DNA of 64,000 nt. Source: an uncultured virus (IMG/VR IMGVR_UViG_3300005083_000004) (lineage: Duplodnaviria; Heunggongvirae; Uroviricota; Caudoviricetes). Where the stretch lies: IMG/VR virus record IMGVR_UViG_3300005083_000004, one strand, 5' to 3'. A program made the translations under genes and the position numbers. How positions within the stretch are numbered: the first letter of the stretch is position 1; the number at the start of each line of letters is the position of its first letter. The notes under the pieces were generated by a model. It ran no database searches. It saw only the letters and a list, made by a program, of their open reading frames with translations, and was not told where the DNA came from. Shown here piece by piece: positions 1-10,412 of this stretch.

Positions 1-2
1 TA

Positions 3-551
3 AATACTCAAGGACAACATACTGGTGATATGGATCCAAATGCTGTTGATTATACTGTATTTGAAGAAAATGGATCAGGAAGAGGAAAAAAGAAATTATC
101 TAAACCTCCTATGAAATCTTTGTCAAAAACTCCAGCAGGAATTGAAGTTATTGGAGCTAAAGGTAAAAAAGAAATTTCATCATTCAAGTTAAATCAAGAT
201 CCAAATATAAATATTAATACATCTTTAGCAAAAGATATATTTTCACAAAGCGGAAAAGGTCAAGAGCAATTAATAGCACAACAAATTGACTATACAAAAT
301 CATTGATAAAAGTAATTGATTTACTCGTATCTATTAATAAGAATACTGAATTATCTAATGATGATATTAAAAAATTGATTAGTGTAATATCAAATGATTC
401 AGATAATAGATCATTATCAAAAAATAGTACCAGAAATTATCAATCAAATAACTCATCATCGAATTCAAATACGTCAACAAAACGATCATCCAGTATACAA
501 ATGCCATCTGGTACATCACAATTTATATTACAACAAGCAAGAGGTTATTAA
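3..551 (+). CDS. 3' end of a gene probably starting before the window (possibly a large virion/tape-measure-like protein)
   Basis: Frame is open from position 3 upstream of the ATG at 30; low-complexity Ser/Asn-rich C-terminus; followed by a hairpin after the next ORF. Confidence 0.4.
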   Translation, partial: NTQGQHTGDMDPNAVDYTVFEENGSGRGKKKLSKPPMKSLSKTPAGIEVIGAKGKKEISSFKLNQDPNININTSLAKDIFSQSGKGQEQLIAQQIDYTKSLIKVIDLLVSINKNTELSNDDIKKLISVISNDSDNRSLSKNSTRNYQSNNSSSNSNTSTKRSSSIQMPSGTSQFILQQARGY

Positions 552-554
552 TAT

Positions 555-743
555 ATGAATAAATATATGAGATATTCTAAGAGAAATAGAAAATTTGATG
601 TTTGTCCAAGTTGTGGATGCTCTTTAGATTTTGGAGAAACATGTCGAGATTGTTATCCATTAGAATCAGTTAATAATAATATTGATTCTATACCTGAAGA
701 CAATATAATTGATAACTCTAATTTGGATAATAGTAAAGTTTAG
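555..743 (+). CDS. Small Zn-ribbon protein
   Basis: CPSCG...CRDC (CxxC...CxxC); starts 3 nt after the previous stop. Confidence 0.5.
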   Translation: MNKYMRYSKRNRKFDVCPSCGCSLDFGETCRDCYPLESVNNNIDSIPEDNIIDNSNLDNSKV

Positions 744-754
744 TTAATAATAAA

Positions 755-781
755 AAATAAGGGAGATTATCTCCCTTATTT
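755..781. terminator. Intrinsic terminator hairpin
   Basis: AAATAAGGGAGA-TTA-TCTCCCTTATTT inverted repeat. Confidence 0.7.
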
Positions 782-854
782 CTATCATATCATATATTTA
801 TGATATAAGGTAACTCATGAAATAACAAATTTAAAAGGAATAAAGGTTGATTAT

Positions 855-3098
855 ATGAATGATAAATATATTGATAAATTATTATATAATATTGGGCAAT
901 CATCATTATATAATAATGATTTTTACGATGATACAATAACAAACAATTTTTCAAAATTGATACATAATACATTATCAAAGATATCATCAAATTACTCAGG
1001 TAATTCAAAAGATTTAATTAATAGATTATCAAGTATCGATTTATCTGTAGATAAAGATAATAATTTTATCGAAGCATTGAAAAGTGGACATACCGAATTT
1101 GCAAGTTATCGAAGTGATAAAGCATCTGCATTAAATCATGATGTTGAATTGATATGTTCACAATTCCCTGAATTAGATGAAGCTGTTAATATTTTAACTA
1201 ATGCAGTATTAGAAACTGATACAATTCAAGGATATTTAAAAATTGATATATCAATCGATAATGAAAACATCAATATTGATAGTTTAATTGATCAGATAGA
1301 AGAGAAACATCATATAAAAAGAAATATAAAAAGATCTATTGGATCCCAATTAATTCGATATGGTCAAGGATATTATTATATCATTTCATATGAAAAGATA
1401 TTAAATAGAATAGAAGCAATTTCACAAAATCAAAATAATTTGAAAAAAGAAAGTTTTAATTTATTTGAATCTGTTCAGAATATATCTGATAAAAAAATAA
1501 AATACGAACAATTGAAACCTTTATTAGAATCAGTAGAAAGTATTATAAGTAGTACAGACGATAAATGTGATGCTCAAATATATTTAAATAATATATTAGA
1601 AAATTTCCATATTAATAAGGATATGATTGATGAATTAATATATGAATATGGTATTGATGGATTAAAAGAATTATTACGAATAGAAAATATTACTAAAGAA
1701 AATCAAAATAATAATAGTATTTTTGAAGGATATTTAAATAATGTTTCAGATTTATCTCAACCAGATGGCTTTACATTATCTGACTTAGAAGATCGAACTG
1801 ATAAAAATGGAAAACCAATTAAAAATGTTTATAATCAATTTAGATCAGCATATGTTAAATTTTTACCAGCAACTCAAGTAATCCCATGTAAAATTGGAGA
1901 TGTAATATTAGGATATTATTATGTCAATGCAAAAAAGAATAGTGAGATGGAAAATAAACAATCATTTATGAATGGTGTTATTGACATAACAAATATGGAA
2001 CGATTGAATAGTAATGTTGGATTTCTGCGTAATATTACAGATATAATTATTAAAAATTTTGATAAATCATTTGTAAGTAAAAATATTGATTTTATGAATG
2101 ATATTGTATCATTATTAATGGAACAACGATTTATTGATAATCAAATTGCGGTAACATTTATTCCTGTCGATGATATTATTCCTTTAATCGTAAATGCTGA
2201 TGAAGATAATAATGGTAAATCCATGTTATTAAAATCTTTATATCCAGCACGTTTATATATAATGATGATGTTAAATAATATCATTAATATTTTAAACAAT
2301 AGACCAACTAGATCATATTTCATTAAAAGAAGCGTCACAAATACAAATACATCAAGAATGGTACAAGATTTCAAAAGAAAATTATATAGTAAACGTGTAG
2401 GTATTAATGATGTTAATGGTAATTATACAGGAACCATTAATAAAATTGGCGGAATATCTGATATGGTTATTCCGACAAATAAAGATGGAACACCACCATT
2501 TACAAAAGAATATGATGAAGGTGCAAATATTCCAATATATACTGAATTGATTGAAATGTTAAAACGCCAAGCATTAAATCAAACGAACGTACCTGCACTA
2601 TTAATTGATTCTTCTGATACAGTAGAATATTCTAAAGTTGCAGAAATGCAACAAGCAAAATTTTTACAAATGGTTCAACAATATAAATCAGATCTTTCAG
2701 TATGTTTAACGGATATATATCGTAAAATATTATCAATTGAATATGATATTCCAGCAAATATCATTAATACATTTTTTGCAACTATTCCAATGTCTAAGAC
2801 ATCAGAATTGACAATTAGTAGTGATATGATAAATAATTTAAATGTATTATCTGATCATATATTGAATATAATGTTTAGTCCTGCTGAATTAGTCGATCTT
2901 GAAAATAAACCTTCTGATATTGCTCGAGAAATGAAATATGAATTAACAAAAGAATATCTTAATAGTTTAAACTTTACAAAATTAGAAGAAATGAAAAATA
3001 AAGTAATGATAAAAGCGAAAAAAGATGAATTAATTAATTCAATTAAATCTTTAGATGATTTCAATGATGATGATTTAATGGAAGACGAGGAAAAATAA
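855..3098 (+). CDS. Portal protein (T4 gp20-like, jumbo phage type)
   Basis: 747 aa; FPELDEAVNILTNAVL, GKSMLLKSLYPARLY, NVPALLI and AKFLQMVQQYKSDL segments resemble conserved T4 gp20 portal blocks in the same order. Confidence 0.65.
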   Translation: MNDKYIDKLLYNIGQSSLYNNDFYDDTITNNFSKLIHNTLSKISSNYSGNSKDLINRLSSIDLSVDKDNNFIEALKSGHTEFASYRSDKASALNHDVELICSQFPELDEAVNILTNAVLETDTIQGYLKIDISIDNENINIDSLIDQIEEKHHIKRNIKRSIGSQLIRYGQGYYYIISYEKILNRIEAISQNQNNLKKESFNLFESVQNISDKKIKYEQLKPLLESVESIISSTDDKCDAQIYLNNILENFHINKDMIDELIYEYGIDGLKELLRIENITKENQNNNSIFEGYLNNVSDLSQPDGFTLSDLEDRTDKNGKPIKNVYNQFRSAYVKFLPATQVIPCKIGDVILGYYYVNAKKNSEMENKQSFMNGVIDITNMERLNSNVGFLRNITDIIIKNFDKSFVSKNIDFMNDIVSLLMEQRFIDNQIAVTFIPVDDIIPLIVNADEDNNGKSMLLKSLYPARLYIMMMLNNIINILNNRPTRSYFIKRSVTNTNTSRMVQDFKRKLYSKRVGINDVNGNYTGTINKIGGISDMVIPTNKDGTPPFTKEYDEGANIPIYTELIEMLKRQALNQTNVPALLIDSSDTVEYSKVAEMQQAKFLQMVQQYKSDLSVCLTDIYRKILSIEYDIPANIINTFFATIPMSKTSELTISSDMINNLNVLSDHILNIMFSPAELVDLENKPSDIAREMKYELTKEYLNSLNFTKLEEMKNKVMIKAKKDELINSIKSLDDFNDDDLMEDEEK

Positions 3099-3105
3099 AT
3101 AAAAA

Positions 3106-3132
3106 AAATAGAGGGATTTATTCCCTCTATTT
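3106..3132. terminator. Bidirectional terminator between convergent portal and helicase genes
   Basis: AAATAGAGGGA...TCCCTCTATTT with A/T tracts on both sides. Confidence 0.75.
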
Positions 3133-3134
3133 AT

Positions 3135-5762
3135 TTAATCTAATAATTCTAATTCTTCATCAATAAGATCTAAATATTTTTTATTTTTTTCTTTTTTCAT
3201 TTTCTTTTCTTCATTTAATAATGGAGATGCTAATGATTCAACTGATAATGATGTTGTTTCATTAATATCATCAATCAGTTGAATTGGACAGTGTATATTA
3301 TACGGATGAGCAAAATATATACAATTATTTTTGGCTGATCTATGTTTTAATCGTTTAAATGATTGATACATTTGAGATGAATTCGATTTCATTTCCCGAT
3401 GTATTGCAATAATACAATCTGCGACTTCTACAATATCATATGCACTTCCAGTTGTATCAGTTGAATGTAATTTACCAACATCCGATTGAGATTTTAATGT
3501 TGAATCATTTAATCTTTGCGCAGCTACTCTATTTGGTTGATAAGCAGATATAACCGGAATATGATATGTTAGTGCTAAAGCTTTTAGTTCATTCATTATC
3601 ATTCCAATTTCATGTTTTTCATTTTGTGGATCTGGAATACTTGGTTCAATTCTTTTTATATAATCTAATATCAAACCAATGACTTCTCTATTTTCATCAT
3701 TCAATTCTTGAATTTTTGTATATAGATCATCTGTACTAATACTTCGATATTTACAAAATTCCATAACAATATCAATATTATGATCTTCATCAAAAATAAA
3801 ACCATTTTGTTTTAAATATCGTTGAGCTTCATCTATTGTATAATTAACTAATGAATCTCCTGTAATCATACTAAACATTCTATCTTGTGTTTCAGTTTTA
3901 GTATTTTCCATAACAACTAAATATATAGTTGGAATCTTTCCTTTCTTTTTTGGTTTTATTGGTTCATTATATATTTTCATATCTAATGCAGATTTTAATA
4001 GAAGGATACTATTATGAGTTGGAATGAATTGTTCGGTTAAATATATATGCCGATAATCACTAACTAAAATACATCTTTGAGATGTAGGTTCAACTTTTTC
4101 TATTTTACATATTTGAATATGATCATGATTACAAATTCTTTTATAAGTAAGAGCTTCAAAATCTTTTTTAGATTTTTTTCCAATCGAAAATATTTTAATC
4201 ATTATTTGATTTGGAATATTTATATTTAATTGATATTCATCATGTGTATGTTGTTCAACTTCTCTTTTATAATATGAATATGATAATCCTAAAGAATGTA
4301 ATAATATTCCAATATCTTCAACTAAACCAAATGATGTCGTGGAATATGATATTTTGAATCTTGTATTACATGATTTATTATTAACAAATATACATCCATC
4401 ACTATCAATTAGACCTTTTAGAAGTTCGAATCGAATATTTTCAGTATTGAATATATATTCTTTTGGAATTCGTTTTTCATGCAAATATTTATTATATATT
4501 TCTGAAATATTACCAATCATATCTTTTATTTTTACTCTTGATTGATTTTTATCTACAAAATAATATGAATAATTCAATCCATGTTCTTTTGTAAAACTAT
4601 ATCCCAGTATTTTTAACATTTTATCTGGACATGATATAGATATATCATTTTCTCCGCAACATTCATTTCCAATTAAATATCCGATGATCCATGGATGAAT
4701 ATCTATTGTTTGTTCTTCAAATCTAGCAATTCCATTATTTGGAATAATATATTTATAATGTATTTTATCTGAAGAATTTGGTGCAATATATTCATAATCA
4801 TCTATCATATCAGATAATTTTCTTACAATTGGAATATATTCATTATACTGATTTTTAGATAATGTATACCATAAATGGTCTATATTACATCTTGTAGATC
4901 TTCCATCAGTGAAAGTAACTTTATAAGTATCTTGAACTCCTTGTGGAAATATATTCAAGACTTCAGTAGGTTCTCCATCCAAATTAAATACTTTATCTCC
5001 AATTTTTAATTCATCCAATCTTTTTAATCCAGTTGGTGTTGGTATTAATGTGTCATCTGGTTGTGCCTTACCATGACTTGGTAAACTACCATACATATAT
5101 AATCGGTTTGTTTCATATCCACCTCCAAGCATCTCATTTAATTTTTGAATACCCGTTCGATAAAATCTGGATGATGATAATATTTCATTTAAAGTTTCAT
5201 TTAATGATTCTTTAAAATCTAATGGATCACTTATACAAAATGATGAATCGTTATCAGTTACAATAATATTGCGTTGCAAGTTAATAATTGTATTAGATAT
5301 TCTATATAATTCTTTTTTGGTTTCATTAAAAGAATTAGCGTTATCCATATTAATATTATCTAATTTTGCAATCATATCATCTTTTTTTTCAATAATAAGA
5401 TAATTACATAATCTATCTTCGATATATTTTACTAATGATTTTATATCATATGGTGATAATCGTCTTGAAATTTTTTCAATATCTAATAGAATATTTTGAA
5501 TAATATCATCATATATTTTGGATGATTGTATTTTAGTAATCATAATTTCATTCATTGTACAACCTTCCATGATGATGTCAGTAATGAATTTCAATAATTT
5601 ATAACGAGATATGAATTCTTGACTTTCGGTAGATTTTTTTATACAAATAGAAAATAAAGTATTTGTATTCTTGATAAATCTTGGTGTTGATCTCTCTTTA
5701 CAATCTCGAAACATTACTCCAATAATACTATCAAGAATTCCAATTTGAAAATTAAATGTCAT
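3135..5762 (-). CDS. Replicative DnaB-like (SF4) helicase, intein-containing
   Basis: TGIQKLNEMLGGG, Walker A GSLPSHGK|S (split by the intein), Walker B LILDYI, PVISAYQPNR, KHR arginine-finger region. Confidence 0.85.
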   Translation of the reverse strand: MTFNFQIGILDSIIGVMFRDCKERSTPRFIKNTNTLFSICIKKSTESQEFISRYKLLKFITDIIMEGCTMNEIMITKIQSSKIYDDIIQNILLDIEKISRRLSPYDIKSLVKYIEDRLCNYLIIEKKDDMIAKLDNINMDNANSFNETKKELYRISNTIINLQRNIIVTDNDSSFCISDPLDFKESLNETLNEILSSSRFYRTGIQKLNEMLGGGYETNRLYMYGSLPSHGKAQPDDTLIPTPTGLKRLDELKIGDKVFNLDGEPTEVLNIFPQGVQDTYKVTFTDGRSTRCNIDHLWYTLSKNQYNEYIPIVRKLSDMIDDYEYIAPNSSDKIHYKYIIPNNGIARFEEQTIDIHPWIIGYLIGNECCGENDISISCPDKMLKILGYSFTKEHGLNYSYYFVDKNQSRVKIKDMIGNISEIYNKYLHEKRIPKEYIFNTENIRFELLKGLIDSDGCIFVNNKSCNTRFKISYSTTSFGLVEDIGILLHSLGLSYSYYKREVEQHTHDEYQLNINIPNQIMIKIFSIGKKSKKDFEALTYKRICNHDHIQICKIEKVEPTSQRCILVSDYRHIYLTEQFIPTHNSILLLKSALDMKIYNEPIKPKKKGKIPTIYLVVMENTKTETQDRMFSMITGDSLVNYTIDEAQRYLKQNGFIFDEDHNIDIVMEFCKYRSISTDDLYTKIQELNDENREVIGLILDYIKRIEPSIPDPQNEKHEIGMIMNELKALALTYHIPVISAYQPNRVAAQRLNDSTLKSQSDVGKLHSTDTTGSAYDIVEVADCIIAIHREMKSNSSQMYQSFKRLKHRSAKNNCIYFAHPYNIHCPIQLIDDINETTSLSVESLASPLLNEEKKMKKEKNKKYLDLIDEELELLD
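4011..5066 (-). mobile_element. Intein (352 aa, class 3 signature) with LAGLIDADG homing endonuclease, inserted in the helicase P-loop
   Basis: Starts AQPDDTLIPTPTG after GK; block B RCNIDHLW; LLKGLIDSDG; block F QRCILV; ends PTHN followed by Ser. Confidence 0.9.
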
Positions 5763-5856
5763 TTATACCTCTCTATTTTTTAGATTGTTTATATTCATAT
5801 CATATAGCAAATAGTTCGTGGTGTGACTCATGTAAACCCCATTTTATCTTCTATTT

Positions 5857-6396
5857 TTATTCTCCTCTTTTGTAAATATATTTATCATTCTGAAATAAAT
5901 ATATTAAAATTTTTATAAAATCGTATTGAATTTCTAAAACTTTTAAATTTCGATAATCTCCTTCAGTTGGATTTGGTACACCCATAATATCATCCATTGC
6001 CAATAACATATATCCAGTAGAATATAATATTGATAATGCATCTCGATTTAACTCGTCTAAGATATCTTTATGATCAACAAATGAATGATTATTAAAATAA
6101 TCACCATGATTATTTATTTGATCTGAAATATAATGTATAAATTGTTCTACTGATTTAATATTATCTTGTGTAACAATAATTTTTAATTTTGAATCAGTTG
6201 TTATAGGAATAATCATTTGATTATAATTATATTCATAAAAATTAAGAAGATCATATCTACTCATTTGAGTAACTTCCATTTTTAAATGATTTAATCCCCA
6301 TAATTGTTGATATTGAAATACCATCTCTTTTTTTAAACTCCATGCAATTAATTCATTATCTCTCAAAGAATGTATTGAATGTATTAAATATTTCAT
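5857..6396 (-). CDS. Hypothetical protein
   Basis: 179 aa ORF in a run of minus-strand genes. Confidence 0.6.
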   Translation of the reverse strand: MKYLIHSIHSLRDNELIAWSLKKEMVFQYQQLWGLNHLKMEVTQMSRYDLLNFYEYNYNQMIIPITTDSKLKIIVTQDNIKSVEQFIHYISDQINNHGDYFNNHSFVDHKDILDELNRDALSILYSTGYMLLAMDDIMGVPNPTEGDYRNLKVLEIQYDFIKILIYLFQNDKYIYKRGE

Positions 6397-6853
6397 TTGT
6401 TCTTTTCCTTTTTGTATTTAAATACATGATCCAAGATTGTAATGTTGGTTGTACAATACTGGAATCATAATTCATATCAGTAATTAGCTGTGAAGAATAT
6501 GGTAAATAACAAATTGACATTAATAAATCATATATATCCGTATTTAAATATTCCAAAATCATATATGTATTTGGAAGATCAAAATCAATAAATTTAAAAA
6601 TAAAATCATTAAAATTTAATAATATTTCATATTCATAATTCGTCATCAAAATTTTTTGATTATCGATCAATATAAAATGTATAATATAATCATCTATATC
6701 TTTATAATTATAAGGATCATATATAAATTTATCAATATTATATAATATACCTTGACGTTGATATTTAAATATACTAATTATTTTTAAATCAAAAGCATAT
6801 CTAATATCATTGTAATCATCAAATTCATTATATATTTTATATATAAATTTCAT
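6356..6853 (-). CDS. Hypothetical protein
   Basis: 165 aa ORF with upstream AGGAAA. Confidence 0.6.
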   Translation of the reverse strand: MKFIYKIYNEFDDYNDIRYAFDLKIISIFKYQRQGILYNIDKFIYDPYNYKDIDDYIIHFILIDNQKILMTNYEYEILLNFNDFIFKFIDFDLPNTYMILEYLNTDIYDLLMSICYLPYSSQLITDMNYDSSIVQPTLQSWIMYLNTKRKRTNEIFNTFNTFFER

Positions 6854-6960
6854 ATTTTACTTTCCTATTGTATATATATATATTCTTATATAACATATAT
6901 AACTAATTTAAAAGACTCAATTTTAATTAGTTAATTTTTTAATAAGGAGAATTTATATTT

Positions 6961-8139
6961 ATGACGTCATATATATTTTTAAATGATAATAAGATGACAC
7001 CTCATCTCGTAGATGATCGTATCGATCCAGAATCAATTATTATATATAAAGATAAAGTAAAAACAATATATGGTGAATCATGTGCAAATAAAGGACTCGT
7101 TCAAGATTTGAATGTGGATGTTGCTCCAGTTCCATATGATCATTATAACAAAGAAAATTATTTTGATCATGATGATCATTTTAGTCATTTTGATCATGAT
7201 AATCATTTCAATCATAATAATCATGATCATGATCAGTTTAATGATGACTATTTTGGTCATAGTCATGAAGAAAGATATCATCGTCCACATCATCCGCCAC
7301 ACTGTAATTGCTATGAATGTCAACGTGAGAGAGATAATGGCAAGTATTTTAATTTTAACCGTAAACCTATAGAAAATAGATATGTATTTAATTTGAAATA
7401 TTTGGCTTTTCCATATGAATCTAGCACTTATAAAAATCAAACAAAGACATATATTGGTCTAAATCATTCTGATAAAAATATTGATGTTCTTAGTAAAAAA
7501 TTTAATATTGTATATAAATATGCAATTGTTGGATATGAAGATCATAATAGAGTTCAGACTGAGGATCGTGAAATTCGGACTACTGCAGAATTTAAATATT
7601 TCCGAGACGATTCATCTAAAAATGGCGAATATTTAAATTTTGTATTTAATGAATTTATTGCTGAAGATATAATTACAATTCCTCGTATTGGTAATTGTGA
7701 ACGTTATCAATTAAAATTTTTGGGGTTTAAATTACTTGGAAATGTAATTGATAGAAGAATAAGTATTGATCAAAATAATTTAATATTTACAAAAGGTTCA
7801 CCTTATCAGGTAGAATTATATAATAAAGATTTTGAATCAAAAATCAATCAATTTACATACAATATTAAACCGCATGATAGAATTCGATTGGTATTTGATG
7901 TGATTTTTAATAATTTATCTTTTTTCAATGATTTAAATTATATCGAAAAAGTTATGACAAATGGTATTGATTATCGATTTATTGATGATGCAACATTACC
8001 GGCATATAATAATTTGACAATGTATTATAATCGTGATATTCCGTTATCATCGATTTTACCTATTGCAGATTTAGATGGAAATCATAATATTATGTTAAAT
8101 GATTTATATGATAGATTATCCAGAACATATATACATTGA
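6961..8139 (+). CDS. Hypothetical protein with His/Asp-rich tract and CxCxxC motif
   Basis: AAGGAG RBS; HDDHFSHFDHDNHFNHNNHDHD...HHPPHCNCYEC; lies just upstream of the sheath gene. Confidence 0.75.
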   Translation: MTSYIFLNDNKMTPHLVDDRIDPESIIIYKDKVKTIYGESCANKGLVQDLNVDVAPVPYDHYNKENYFDHDDHFSHFDHDNHFNHNNHDHDQFNDDYFGHSHEERYHRPHHPPHCNCYECQRERDNGKYFNFNRKPIENRYVFNLKYLAFPYESSTYKNQTKTYIGLNHSDKNIDVLSKKFNIVYKYAIVGYEDHNRVQTEDREIRTTAEFKYFRDDSSKNGEYLNFVFNEFIAEDIITIPRIGNCERYQLKFLGFKLLGNVIDRRISIDQNNLIFTKGSPYQVELYNKDFESKINQFTYNIKPHDRIRLVFDVIFNNLSFFNDLNYIEKVMTNGIDYRFIDDATLPAYNNLTMYYNRDIPLSSILPIADLDGNHNIMLNDLYDRLSRTYIH

Positions 8140-8185
8140 ACATTTTATTAAATTTATTGAAAATTAATTGAAGGAGAATGTGATT

Positions 8186-10390
8186 ATGGCAAGAGCAAAC
8201 CAAATAATTCCTGGATATAAATCTCCACACGTTGCCAAATATATTAACGATTATTCACAATATACCGAATTAACTCCAGAACTTAACATGGAAGTTGATA
8301 CTAGTATAAAGACTGTGGTTGTTGGAGGAGCTGATAGAGGTCCAGATAACAAGTTTGTTAGATTTAATCCTAATACTTGGAATATATTTCAACTTATATA
8401 TGGAACTCCAAGATTTAAAAAATTTGGACAATCATGTTTATATCCATATTATTTCTTGAATGGAAGTAGTGAATTAGCACAACCAAATACTACGGTATGG
8501 TATATGCGTGTTATGCCTGATGATGCTGCATATGCTAATGCTATATTAGTTGCAAAATTTGGAGTCCAAACGGTATCTGAATTGGTAACTAATCCTGATC
8601 ATCCTGCTGATCCTCCTACTACAACAACACATAAAGAATTCCAAATCATGTATAATGTTGAAAGTTATACACCAAACACATCAACAGGGGATTTAGGTTG
8701 TTTATATGATGAGGGGACAACTAATTCTTTAGCTTACGCTGAAAAAGCATTAGAAAACTTAAGTGTTGATGGAAATGGATGGTATACATTACCATTGATG
8801 ACATTAAGAGCTGTAGGACATGGGGATTATGGTAATAAATTATCATTTAGATTTGAAAAGAATTTTGTTGGTGAACAAGATACGATAACAAAACAATATA
8901 TTCTTACGACACTTGATAATTTTGATTTGATCCAACGTTCGAAATCATATGTTGGATCATTAGTAAATGCTGAACTTCAACATATCGGTGTGACAACATT
9001 TGAAGATGTTGTATTGACATATGGCGATGAAGCAAATATATATGTTAAATCATATATTGAAAATGTCAATTATATTTATCAACAGTATATGGCGTTTTTA
9101 GCAACTATCTCTCCTTCGACAATTACTGATCCTGACCAATTAGAAATTTATAATAAATCATTGACACTTATTCCTGAAACATTTGATCCAATATTTGCTA
9201 CTTTTATAGCATCTGAAACTTCGCCTTATATGTTGAGAGTTATTGATACACCATTAGCAATGTATAATAATCCGAATACACCTGATCCTCGTTATACAAG
9301 TGCCGTTAATATCAAAGAAGGCGTTGGTGTACCGTTGCAAGGTGGAACTGAAGGCGCATTTGACAGATCTAAAACTCCGGCTAATACAGTATATGAAGAT
9401 TATCTTAGAATTCAATTAAACAAAGAATATGTAAATGCATTTAATGGATTGAAAGATAAACGAATACTTTCAACTTCACGTATTCCTTATGACTTTATTT
9501 TTGATGCTGATTATATGTTCACACCTGATGACGATTCAACTAATGTTAAACGAACAATGTATCGTTTGAATAATACGCGTTGTCGTAACCCGTTTGATGC
9601 ACCTGATGAAGGATGTGGATCGCTTTTATTCTTAGATGCCGGGACGCAATTATTTGATATAGCCACTACGGCAAGTAACACAAAAGATATGACTAATCCA
9701 AATTATCGGTTTAATAGTAATACAGAACTTCTTCAACTTATTCAGAGTTATTCTGTATTTGCAAATAGATTAACAAGTAAAGAGTTCCAGCATTTTACAA
9801 TGTATGATCCCTTTACAAATAAAAGAATTGTTGTTACATCAATAATTAATGCTGTAATGAGGTTCATCCCTAATCTTCAAAATAATGGTTTGGAAAAACC
9901 ATTTGCAAATCAGAGAGCTCCGTTAACATCAGCAGTTAGAGGAACATTTGTTGAACCTGTTCTTCAAGATATAGATATGGATTGCAAAGATGAACTTGTT
10001 GCTCAGAGATTCAATTATTATGAATATGGATATAATGAAACTTTATCTCGTATGAATCAAGAGACATCACAAGTTATTTCATCTGCATTACTTGAAGAAA
10101 ATAATATGGTTGTATTGAATTCTTTGATGAATGGTGTTGAAAAATATAACCGTTCAATATTGTTTGATCATGCTGATGCTGCTGCACGAGCACAATTTAC
10201 AGCTGATGTAGAAAAAATGTATGGAAGTTGGGCAGGAACAAAACTTCAGAAATTCAATGTTCATTATGAAGCAAATGAAGTTGAAATTGAACATCAATGG
10301 TTACACTGCTATCTAGAAGTTTCATTTAGAAATATTGCGAAGATTATTATACAAGAGATTGATATTAATAAAGCGGATTATACACTTTAA
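8186..10390 (+). CDS. Tail sheath protein
   Basis: About 734 aa; likely start ATG 8186 after AAGGAG; N-terminal SPHVAKYINDYS, GGADRGPDNKF, YGTPRFKKFGQ, YMRVMPDDA; C-terminal sheath-like LLEENNMVVL...LEVSFRNIAKIIIQEIDIN; followed by a tube-sized gene. Confidence 0.8.
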   Translation: MARANQIIPGYKSPHVAKYINDYSQYTELTPELNMEVDTSIKTVVVGGADRGPDNKFVRFNPNTWNIFQLIYGTPRFKKFGQSCLYPYYFLNGSSELAQPNTTVWYMRVMPDDAAYANAILVAKFGVQTVSELVTNPDHPADPPTTTTHKEFQIMYNVESYTPNTSTGDLGCLYDEGTTNSLAYAEKALENLSVDGNGWYTLPLMTLRAVGHGDYGNKLSFRFEKNFVGEQDTITKQYILTTLDNFDLIQRSKSYVGSLVNAELQHIGVTTFEDVVLTYGDEANIYVKSYIENVNYIYQQYMAFLATISPSTITDPDQLEIYNKSLTLIPETFDPIFATFIASETSPYMLRVIDTPLAMYNNPNTPDPRYTSAVNIKEGVGVPLQGGTEGAFDRSKTPANTVYEDYLRIQLNKEYVNAFNGLKDKRILSTSRIPYDFIFDADYMFTPDDDSTNVKRTMYRLNNTRCRNPFDAPDEGCGSLLFLDAGTQLFDIATTASNTKDMTNPNYRFNSNTELLQLIQSYSVFANRLTSKEFQHFTMYDPFTNKRIVVTSIINAVMRFIPNLQNNGLEKPFANQRAPLTSAVRGTFVEPVLQDIDMDCKDELVAQRFNYYEYGYNETLSRMNQETSQVISSALLEENNMVVLNSLMNGVEKYNRSILFDHADAAARAQFTADVEKMYGSWAGTKLQKFNVHYEANEVEIEHQWLHCYLEVSFRNIAKIIIQEIDINKADYTL

Positions 10391-10412
10391 ACAAGGAGGA
10401 GAATTATAGATT

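Noticed and set aside
7078..7440. Ile/Met-rich ORFs overlapping the His-rich gene
   Set aside because: Other-frame readings of the GATCAT-rich repeat
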